Shown here: positions 56,751-64,000 of the stretch, one piece after another
Numbering within the stretch: position 1 is the stretch's first letter
Layout of the letters: every line of letters begins with the position of its first letter
Origin: an uncultured Actinomycetota bacterium
Lineage (GTDB): Bacteria; Actinomycetota; Actinomycetes; Mycobacteriales; Mycobacteriaceae
DNA length: 64,000 nt
Direction: 5' to 3'
NCBI GenBank assembly: GCA_963738695.1
Contig: CAVTXO010000012.1
Coordinates: forward strand, 40,742-104,741
The notes under the pieces: model-generated
Told to the model about the DNA's origin: nothing
Seen by the model: only the letters and a program-made list of their open reading frames with translations
Database searches by the model: none
Made by a program: the position numbers and the translations under genes

Positions 56751-57518
56751 GTGGCGATTGGTGTTGCACCAAAGGGTGTTCAGCATCCGCGCGTGCTGGT
56801 GGTCGACGACGACACGAACGTCGTGAACCTGCTGTCGACGAGCCTGAGTTTCCAGGGCTTCGAGGTCGATACCGCTACCAACGGGCCCACCGCCCTGGAC
56901 CAGGCCCACAAGGTACGCCCGGACGCGGTGGTCCTCGATGTCACGTTGCCCGGTATCGATGGCTTCGGAGTGCTGCGCCGACTGCGTGCTGACCGCATCG
57001 ACACCCCGGTGGTGTTCCTCACCGGGCGCGACTCGTTGCAAGACAGGATCACCGGCCTGTCCCTTGGCGGCGACGATTACATCACCAAGCCGTTCAGCCT
57101 CGAAGAGGTGGTCGCCCGGCTGCGCGCGATTCTGCGCCGCACCGGTGTGGGTGCCCAAAAGCCCTTCACTGCCCGGCTCACCTTCGCCGACATCGAACTC
57201 GACGAACGCACCCGCGAGGTGTCGAGGGCGGGCGTGCCAGTGTCGCTCTCGCCGACGGAGTTCAGGCTGCTGCGCTACATGGTCATCAACGCCGGAACAG
57301 TGCTCAGCAAGCAGAGGATCCTCAACCACGTGTGGCGCTACAACTTCAGTGGCAACGATGGCTGCGTGGAGTGCTATATCTCCTACCTGCGCCGCAAGAT
57401 CGACACTGACGTCGACAAGCGCCTTCTACACACACTGCGCGGTGTGGGATATGTCCTGCGCGAACCACGGCAACAAGATCAACGATCTTCCTGCACGGGC
57501 GCTGCTCGAGAGGCGTAG
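56751..57518 (+). CDS. Orphan OmpR/PhoP-family response regulator
   Basis: 'VLVVDDD', phosphoacceptor 'VLDVTLP', 'DDYITKPF', winged helix 'LSPTEFRLLRY...YISYLRRKID...HTLRGVGY'; no kinase adjacent. Confidence 0.93.
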   Translation: MAIGVAPKGVQHPRVLVVDDDTNVVNLLSTSLSFQGFEVDTATNGPTALDQAHKVRPDAVVLDVTLPGIDGFGVLRRLRADRIDTPVVFLTGRDSLQDRITGLSLGGDDYITKPFSLEEVVARLRAILRRTGVGAQKPFTARLTFADIELDERTREVSRAGVPVSLSPTEFRLLRYMVINAGTVLSKQRILNHVWRYNFSGNDGCVECYISYLRRKIDTDVDKRLLHTLRGVGYVLREPRQQDQRSSCTGAAREA

Positions 57519-57849
57519 CCACGGCCGATGGCGTCCCGCATCGGTTCGGTGGTGTGGCTGTAGAGCGCAGTCTCCCCTTCCCAGTCGGGACGTACCAAAC
57601 GCAACGCCCGCTGCCCGGCTCCCGGGGCCTCTATGTCGCCCCGCAGCTTCCGAAATAGTCGGACAGGTAGTGACCCACCTCACCCTTGGCATTCACTGTG
57701 ATATTGCCTACCGCAACGGGGATGGCCGTCGCCGCCTTCCGCAACTGGGCCCGAAGGACAAAGGGATGGGTCTGCTCGACGACTTCACCCCGCTGCGTCG
57801 GGTGGTCCACGGACGGGTGATGAGACGACACACACCAGGAAGGAATTCG

Positions 57850-58365
57850 ATGAAGCATTCACTCCAAGCTGGCGTGCGGACACTTGTGGTCGTAGGCGTA
57901 GGACTCGCCACAGCGCCCATGTCTGCCGCCGACCCTGGTGAGCTGCCGCCGGATCCCGACTCCCCGGCGATCGCAACAGCTGAGCACGACATGTCCGCCG
58001 CCGAGACTGCCTGCGCGCAGTTCGCCGGTGGTCTGGACCTCGCCGCCAGTAGCTACTCGGATTTCGCTGACGTCACATCCGGGAACGAATGGAGGTATGG
58101 CGATCCTGCGGTGGCCAGTGCAAACGTAACCGGTAGGACTGCGTTGCGGGAGGCTGCGGCAGCCGCGATGCACGCTTCGGCAATCCCTGGTCTACAACCT
58201 GAGATCGCGGGTCCAATGCGTCGATGGTCAGTTAGGGCGATGAAGCTCATCCTCATCATGGGAGTGCGCGGCAACAACGAGATGACGAATGAAGCGGCAT
58301 CTGAGCTCAATGACGATGCTTACAAGGCCCAAACCGCGTGTGCGGATGTCGTCACGCAGGGCTGA
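57850..58365 (+). CDS. Secreted hypothetical protein (171 aa, two Cys)
   Basis: AGGAAGGA RBS, ATG, signal peptide ending SAA-DP, helical Ala-rich body with C near each end. Confidence 0.75.
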   Translation: MKHSLQAGVRTLVVVGVGLATAPMSAADPGELPPDPDSPAIATAEHDMSAAETACAQFAGGLDLAASSYSDFADVTSGNEWRYGDPAVASANVTGRTALREAAAAAMHASAIPGLQPEIAGPMRRWSVRAMKLILIMGVRGNNEMTNEAASELNDDAYKAQTACADVVTQG

Positions 58366-58419
58366 CGCGGGCCAGTCCGGCCGGGCGGTGCGCGCGGAAA
58401 TCCGATCCGCCACAACAAG

Positions 58420-58449
58420 AAGAGGGGCACCCGATTGGGTGCCCCTCTT
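58420..58449 (-). terminator. Hairpin terminator (possibly bidirectional) downstream of peptide gene A
   Basis: AAGAGGGGCACCC-GATT-GGGTGCCCCTCTT; T-rich flanks on both strands. Confidence 0.85.
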
Positions 58450-58463
58450 GTTGGTTCGCTGCG

Positions 58464-58670
58464 TCAGCGGCTCTGGTGGACGCTGGTGTCGACCTTCGGC
58501 ACGTTCACCTGGGGGCCGATCTGGTCGAGCCACACGTGGTGGTCGACGCCGGCCGAGATGGTGGTCGACGACACGGGGCCGACGGCTGCCTGCGCGGCCG
58601 GGGCGGCGATGCCCATGACGCCCGCAACCAGTCCGCTGGCGATGATGGTGGCAAATCCAAACTTCTTCAC
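58464..58670 (-). CDS. Small secreted peptide A (68 aa) ending VNVPKVDTSVHQSR
   Basis: AGAGGAG RBS, GTG start, Sec signal MKKFGF...AQA, mature part with DHHVW. Confidence 0.85.
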   Translation of the reverse strand: MKKFGFATIIASGLVAGVMGIAAPAAQAAVGPVSSTTISAGVDHHVWLDQIGPQVNVPKVDTSVHQSR

Positions 58671-58780
58671 TTCGGTGACTCCTCTTGCGTTGTTTCCTGC
58701 GTTCGAACCGTCGCGCGTACGTCTCGGTTCGGTTTTGTTCGTCCGGTTCTCCGTGCTGCTCGTTCCGGTCTGATCTACAA

Positions 58781-58806
58781 AACCAACAGGTCAGGGGATT
58801 AATTCC
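58781..58806 (-). promoter_or_regulatory. Putative ECF-sigma promoter for peptide A
   Basis: Minus-strand GGAAT-N18-GTT, the same geometry as the trxB promoter; conserved in copy B. Confidence 0.55.
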
Positions 58807-59044
58807 GCTGGCAGTAATTGACCGGCCGTTGGCAGGAATCACGCGGTGGTATGGCAGAACTGCCAGGTCGGCGCAACGGCCGGCTGACGATCGAACGCAG
58901 CTGGGCACGGCTACTGCAACCGCTTCTAGCAAAGGGTCTCGCCGCCCGTAGACGCGGCGCGCCGTGCCAGGTCGCACCGAGCGCGTGCTGTTGTCGCCTT
59001 GCAGCCGAACCTAATTGGACTTGTCTCGCCCGACTTCATGCAAA

Positions 59045-59073
59045 AGAAGGGCACCCGATTGGGTGCCCCTCTT
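59045..59073 (-). terminator. Hairpin terminator downstream of peptide gene B
   Basis: AAGAAGGGCACCC-GATT-GGGTGCCCCTCTT. Confidence 0.8.
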
Positions 59074-59087
59074 GTTGGTTCGCTGTG

Positions 59088-59294
59088 TCAGCGGCTCTGA
59101 TGCACGGTGGTGTCGACCTGCGGCACGTTCACGTGCGGGGCGATCTGGTCGAGCCACGCGTGGTGGTCGACGTCGGCCGAGATGGTGGTCGACGACACGG
59201 GGAGGACGGCTGCCAGTGCGGCGGGGGCGGTGAGACCCAGGGCGCCTGCAACCAGTCCGCTGGCGATGATGGTGGCAAATCCGAACTTCTTCAT
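59088..59294 (-). CDS. Small secreted peptide B (68 aa) ending VNVPQVDTTVHQSR
   Basis: AGAGGAG RBS, ATG, Sec signal ending ALA; 56 of 68 residues identical to peptide A by manual count. Confidence 0.87.
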   Translation of the reverse strand: MKKFGFATIIASGLVAGALGLTAPAALAAVLPVSSTTISADVDHHAWLDQIAPHVNVPQVDTTVHQSR

Positions 59295-59404
59295 TGTGGT
59301 GACTCCTCTTGCGTTGTTTCCTGCGTTCGAACCGCGGCGCGTACATCGCGATTCTGTTTTGGCCTTCCGGACCCTCGTGCTGCTCGTTCCGGTCTGATCT
59401 ACAA

Positions 59405-59430
59405 AACAGACAGGTCAGGGGATTAATTCC
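59405..59430 (-). promoter_or_regulatory. Putative ECF-sigma promoter for peptide B
   Basis: Minus-strand GGAAT-N18-GTT. Confidence 0.55.
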
Positions 59431-59535
59431 GGTGGCAGCAATTGACCGGCGGTTGGCAGGAATCAAGCGGTGGTGCAGCAGAACTGCCAGGTCGGCGCAA
59501 CGGCCGGATGGCCATCGAACGTGCCGGGGCTGCGG

Positions 59536-60980
59536 CTACTTGAACCGCTTGTAGCAAAGGTCCTTGTCGCCGCCGAGACCGGAGCGGTAGGCGACGATGC
59601 GGGTGAAGCCGGCCGGCACCGTCTGACCGTCGACGTTGCTTGCGGCCAGACCGTTGGTGAGCAGTCCGGCGACGGCCTCGTCGAGGTCGCCCGCGGTCAG
59701 GGTGAGGCTCTGGCCGTCGACGGGCGTCGACATGGCGCGCTGTGCCACGCCGGTAAGGCACGCGGTCCGCAACGCAGCCGCGGGCGTGTCGAGGGGGTCG
59801 CCGTTCTCGTGCTCCATCGCCAGCGCATAGCGCGACGTCAGAACGGAGAGCGCGGTGTTGTCACCTTGCAGCAGAACGTAATTGGACTCATCGGCGGCCT
59901 CGCCCATCTGTTGCAGCGAGGACAGGTCGACGGAGATCGCGTTGCTGTCGGGACAGTACGACGCCGGCGGGGTGGGCTGCGCGTCGGGGCACGACTCCGG
60001 GTCCAACGACAGGGTGGGTGCCTTGCTCGGCTGGAACACCGCCTTGAGGGTCGCCATCATGCTGTCGAGGATGTCCTCGTCGATCTTCACGTCGCCGCTC
60101 TGCACGTCGCCGGTCTGGCTCGAGCGGCAGCTCCATCGGCAGGTCGGCGCGCCGTTCCTGGACCTCGTCGAGGTCGATCTTGGCGCATTCCGGCGCGCCA
60201 CTGACGAACCCCATCTGGAATGCGCTGACCCGGTCCAGCGCGGTGCCGTGCCCCTGTTCGAGCATTTCGGTGTCCTGCGGGCCCAGGACCGGGTCGCGCA
60301 GTGTGATTGCAGCGGCGAGCACGTGATTCAGGCCGTCGCCGGTGCTCAGTGAGAAGCGCGGCGACTTGCCCTCTGCCACCCAGCGGACGTACGTACCGGC
60401 GAAGCAGTCGGCCTGCTGTTCGGACACGACCACCGGCGTCGACTTGTCGACGAGGTTCGCCATGTGTTGCACGGCGTGCCCGTACTCGTGGGCCATCAAC
60501 GCCGCGATGGCGACGTCGCCGAAGAACTTCTGTCCCGTTGGGGACGAGCACGCCGCGATCCCACGCCATGATCTGCTTGCTCGGGCAGTAGAACGCGTTG
60601 GGATTGTCGTATGTCTCGGTACCGCAGATCGTCGGACTGGACCGGTCGTGCGAGTCGTACGACATCAGACGGTCGATGGCCGTGAACGAGCCCGGCAACG
60701 AGCCACTGTAGTTCTGCTCCCAGAACTCGGCGATGTCGTTGATGGACAGCAGCGCCAACTTGTCGATGTCCCCGCCGTCGCCGTCGGTGATGTCGCCGGT
60801 CGGCGCGGGGGCGTTGTCCCGCACCCCGCTCGGGCCGTCCGCGGCGGGCAGGCCGCCGGCGCGGAATGGGTCGTACAGCGGGGACACCGCCCGCCCCTCG
60901 ATGACCGACGAGCATCCCGCGATGAGCACTACCGCGCACGCGGCGCTGACGGCCGCCATCACTCTGCTGACTCGAATCAT
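59536..60980 (-). CDS. LpqM-like lipoprotein zinc metallopeptidase (two indels)
   Basis: Lipobox 'LIAGC', 'NAFYCP', zinc motif 'AHEYGHAVQ', 'EQQADCFAG', 'HGTALDRVSAF'. Confidence 0.9.
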
Positions 60981-61260
60981 GTCCTGACGATCTCGTGAAT
61001 TTGGTTCGCGTTTGCGCAGAGGCTATACCGGCGGCGCACCATTGGGGCCGCGGCGCGGGGGACGGGCACCCGCGGTGGACTGCGGGGATACCCCCATGGG
61101 CGCTGCGGTAAACAGCAACTTCAATGTTGCCCGTACGTTAACCACAGCGCGAAAAGCCGTTCTTAGCATCGTATTAGAGGCCGCTGCCGGACGCCTTAGA
61201 TTTGCGGCTTACCTTCGATGCCAACGGCGCACAGAGCCCCTGATCGAAACGAGGCGTCCC

Positions 61261-61689
61261 ATGACGAAAACCTTCCGCTCCGGAAACCCTGCGTTCGATT
61301 GCGGCGGCGCCCAGGTCTTTGCCTACTGCCGCCAGCTGGCCACGGTGGTCACCGTGCGCGGTGCGGTCGACGCGCGCAACCTCGACCGCGTCACCGAGTA
61401 CGCCAGCCGCTTCATCCTCGGGGACAAGCCCTTCATCCTCGACCTCACCGACGTCGAACCGGTCCGCGGCTACTGCGGGTACCTGTTGGACGTCGTCGAC
61501 GCTCGGTGCCGGGTGGCCGGCGTGAACTGGGTGCTCGTCGCGTGCGACGACGTCGTCGAAGCGCTGGGGTTGACCGATGACGACCCGGTCATGATCGCCA
61601 GTTCGTTGCCCGTGGCCCTGCACTACTTCGCCGACGAGATCAGCGCCCGCCGCAGGCTGCTGTTGCCGATGCTCAGCAAGACGGCCTGA
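61261..61689 (+). CDS. STAS-domain (anti-sigma antagonist-like) protein
   Basis: GAGG RBS; 'VVTVRGAVDARN', 'FILDLTDVE', 'WVLVAC...VVEAL'. Confidence 0.82.
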   Translation: MTKTFRSGNPAFDCGGAQVFAYCRQLATVVTVRGAVDARNLDRVTEYASRFILGDKPFILDLTDVEPVRGYCGYLLDVVDARCRVAGVNWVLVACDDVVEALGLTDDDPVMIASSLPVALHYFADEISARRRLLLPMLSKTA

Positions 61690-61696
61690 CCGGCGG

Positions 61697-62287
61697 CTAG
61701 ACCAAGACGCCGCGCAGCACGAGCTGCGTCAGCTCCCTGGCGGCACGGTCGACGTCCTTGACGTGCCGCACGCACACCGCGTACCACGCGGCCCCGGCGA
61801 TCGCGTCCATCAGGGCGTCCGCGTCGACCGCCCTCGCGGAGCCCTCGGCCACGGCGTCGTTCAGCCGAGTGGCGAGTTGGCTGCGCGCGGCCGCTTCGAG
61901 TCGGTCGCTGAGCACGCGCCGCAGCCGCCGATCCGACCGTAGGTCGACGAGCAGGCCGGGAATCGACTCGCGGACCACGGGGTCGCCGTACATGCGGATG
62001 GCTCCGTGGCACAGGCGGGTGATCTCGGCGGTGAAGTCGTCCTCGGGCGACTCCGGCCCCAGGCCGGGGAACGCCGCCTCGTGGACCAGGTGCGCCTTCG
62101 AACTCCACCTGCGATAGATGGCCGGGCGGCTGACCCCGGCGGTGGCGGCGATGAGGTCGATGGAGGTCGACGCGTAGCCCCGTTCGACCAGGAGGCGGCG
62201 GGTCGCCGCGAGCACCGACGCGTCGATGGAGGGATCCCGGCGCGACCCCTGGCGGCGGTGCCGCGACGTCGTGGCGACGGTCTTCAC
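61697..62287 (-). CDS. TetR/AcrR family regulator (start approximate)
   Basis: HTH 'GYASTSIDLIAATAGVSRPAIYRRWSSK'. Confidence 0.92.
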   Translation of the reverse strand: MKTVATTSRHRRQGSRRDPSIDASVLAATRRLLVERGYASTSIDLIAATAGVSRPAIYRRWSSKAHLVHEAAFPGLGPESPEDDFTAEITRLCHGAIRMYGDPVVRESIPGLLVDLRSDRRLRRVLSDRLEAAARSQLATRLNDAVAEGSARAVDADALMDAIAGAAWYAVCVRHVKDVDRAARELTQLVLRGVLV

Positions 62288-62309
62288 GATTACCCTCTCC
62301 GCCCGCTCG

Positions 62310-62338
62310 ATTTGTCGATACAGTCTGTCACAACAAAT
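62310..62338. promoter_or_regulatory. Probable TetR operator in the divergent promoter
   Basis: Imperfect palindrome ATTTGTCGATACAG-T-CTGTCACAACAAAT (11 of 14 positions paired). Confidence 0.7.
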
Positions 62339-62357
62339 GCCGAAAAGGAGGCGTTCG

Positions 62358-64000
62358 ATGACGAGCGGATCCACCAGGAAGTTGGCGGACGTCGGCGAGG
62401 ACGGCCTGCATCTCTACACCTGCCCGTTGTGTGAGGCCATGTGCGGCTTGGAGATTGAGGTCGAAGAGGGCAAGGTGACCGGCATCCGCGGCAACCGGGC
62501 GGACAACTGGAGCGGCGGGCACCTCTGTCCCAAGGGCGCCACCCTCGGAGCGGTGCACCACGACCCCGACCGGATCCGCCAACCCATGATCAAGGTCGAC
62601 GGGCAGTGGAAGGAGGTCAGCTGGGACGAGGCGTTCCGACGGTGCACGGAACTGCTGACGCCGGTCATCGAGAAGTACGGCATCGGCGCGGTGACCGCCT
62701 ACACCGGCAACCCGCTGGCGCACTCGTTCTCGCTGGCCCGGTACGCCGGCGTGCTGCTCGGCATGTCGGGCATGCCGATCACCTACTCCCCGGGCACCGT
62801 CGACCAGTGGCCGAAGAACCTGTCGTCGCATCTGATGTACGGCGGGTGGTGGTCGTTCCCGGTGCCCGACATCCAACGCACGGACCTGTTCGTCGTGATG
62901 GGCGCGAACCCCGCGGCGTCGCAGGGATCATTGCTGGCAGCCCCCGACGTGATGGGCATCATCGATGGAATTCGCAAGCGCGGCAGGGTGATCGTCATCG
63001 ATCCGGTGCGCACGGCGACGGCGGCGCGGGCGGACGAGTGGCTGCCCATCACGCCCGGCACCGACGCGGCACTGCTGCTGGCCATCGCGCACACCCTCTT
63101 CGACGAGGACCTGGTGTCGCTCGGCGCGGTCGAGCCCTACCTCGACGGCATCGAGCGGATGCGGGAGGTGGCCGCGGACTGGTCGCCGGAACGCGTCGCC
63201 GAGGCGACCGGCATCGCCGCGCCGCGGATCAGGGCACTGGCCCGGGAACTGGCCGCCACCCCGCGCGCGGTGGTGTACGGACGAATCGGGTTGTGCAATC
63301 AGGAGTTTGGCAGCCTCGCCAGCTGGCTGGTGGACGTCGTGAACATCCTCACCGCGCATTTCGACACCCCCGGCGGGTTGATGTTCGCCACGCCGGTGGC
63401 GTGGTCGATCACCGTGCAGCCGCAGCCCGGCCTCGAGGACGGACTGGCCGAGTTCGGCCGGTTCCGGACCAGGGTGCGCGGGGCGAAGGAGGTGCTGGGC
63501 CAGGTTCCGGTGTCGTGCATGGCCGAGGAGATCGCGACGCCGGGGGAGGGCCAGATCAAGGCGTTGATCACGGTCGCAGGCAACCCGGTGTTGTCGACGC
63601 CGGGCGGGCACCGGCTCGACGAGGTGCTGCCCGAGCTCGAGGCGATGATCGCCGTCGACCTCTGGCTCAACGAGACCACCCGGCACGCCGACGTGATCCT
63701 GCCGGGGCTGTCGCCGCTGGAACAGGCCCACCACGACGACCTGATCCTGAACTTCGCGGTCAACAGCTTCGCGAACTACTCGCCGCCGGTGTTTCACGCC
63801 CCCGATCCCGATCGCCCCGAGGAGTGGGAGATCCTCATCCGCCTGACCGGCCTGTGCACCGGCACTCCCGCCGAGGACGTCGACGTGGCGGCCATCGACG
63901 ACGGGTTCTTCGATTACATGGCGTTCACCCAGGGTTTCGACGGCGCGGCGATCCGGGCGAATTACGGCTCAACTGGTTTGGCCGGCGGCCCCGAACGGGT
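62358..64000 (+). CDS. Molybdopterin-dependent oxidoreductase (Rv0197-like), 3'-truncated by the window edge; absent from the ORF track
   Basis: AGGAGG RBS, ATG 62358; 4Fe-4S motif 'TCPLCEAMCG...LCPKG', 'MGANPAASQGS', 'VIDPVRTATA', 'NETTRHADVILP'. Confidence 0.92.
   Translation, partial: MTSGSTRKLADVGEDGLHLYTCPLCEAMCGLEIEVEEGKVTGIRGNRADNWSGGHLCPKGATLGAVHHDPDRIRQPMIKVDGQWKEVSWDEAFRRCTELLTPVIEKYGIGAVTAYTGNPLAHSFSLARYAGVLLGMSGMPITYSPGTVDQWPKNLSSHLMYGGWWSFPVPDIQRTDLFVVMGANPAASQGSLLAAPDVMGIIDGIRKRGRVIVIDPVRTATAARADEWLPITPGTDAALLLAIAHTLFDEDLVSLGAVEPYLDGIERMREVAADWSPERVAEATGIAAPRIRALARELAATPRAVVYGRIGLCNQEFGSLASWLVDVVNILTAHFDTPGGLMFATPVAWSITVQPQPGLEDGLAEFGRFRTRVRGAKEVLGQVPVSCMAEEIATPGEGQIKALITVAGNPVLSTPGGHRLDEVLPELEAMIAVDLWLNETTRHADVILPGLSPLEQAHHDDLILNFAVNSFANYSPPVFHAPDPDRPEEWEILIRLTGLCTGTPAEDVDVAAIDDGFFDYMAFTQGFDGAAIRANYGSTGLAGGPER

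Larger units (their letters stand above)
58420..59574. repeat. Tandem duplication of a roughly 530-bp cassette (copies 58420-58946 and 59045-59574; offset about 624 bp)
   Basis: Terminator, 68-codon gene, 5' leader, promoter region and lpqM-3'-end-like sequence are all present in both copies. Confidence 0.92.

Noticed and set aside
56200-64000. Prophage or integrative element at tRNA-Leu
   Set aside because: No integrase, phage gene or duplicated tRNA 3' end (att site) is visible within the window.

Overview
High-GC actinobacterial chromosome segment spanning the replication origin of a rapidly growing mycobacterium (Mycolicibacterium-like: gnd lies between dnaN and recF, and the leuS-mtc28 block abuts pcnA). 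Order: SDR, leuS, mtc28-like, small membrane protein, bile-acid:Na symporter, YqgE/AlgH, MFS, TIGR03084, DxDxDG protein, pcnA | mutT4, Rv3909-like, murJ/mviN, sigM, an inserted antisense small secreted-protein gene, anti-sigM, trxB, trxA, cwlM | Rv3916c-like, parB, a 32-bp mini-ORF repeat, parA, rsmG, jag, yidC, yidD, rnpA, rpmH | dnaA, oriC, dnaN, gnd, recF, dciA, gyrB, gyrA, Rv0007-like, tRNA-Ile, a micro-ORF, tRNA-Ala | DUF4189-like, cwsA, ppiA, Rv0010c-like, crgA, Rv0012-like, trpG, pknB-pknA-pbpA-rodA-pstP-fhaB-fhaA, tRNA-Leu | accessory block (orphan OmpR/PhoP-like regulator, secreted protein, two tandemly duplicated 68-aa secreted peptide genes, LpqM-like Zn lipoprotease, STAS protein, TetR, molybdopterin oxidoreductase running off the end). 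Most genes, including essential ones, carry single-base indels typical of an unpolished long-read assembly, so many gene ends are approximate. Most notable observation: three small secreted proteins, two next to the LpqM-like protease/orphan regulator and one with an unrelated body inside the sigM locus about 40 kb away, all end in the same motif, VxVP(Q/K)xDTxVxQSR-stop. This suggests a possibly undescribed C-terminal tag or peptide-signalling system. All gene identifications are from recall of known protein families; no database searches were run.
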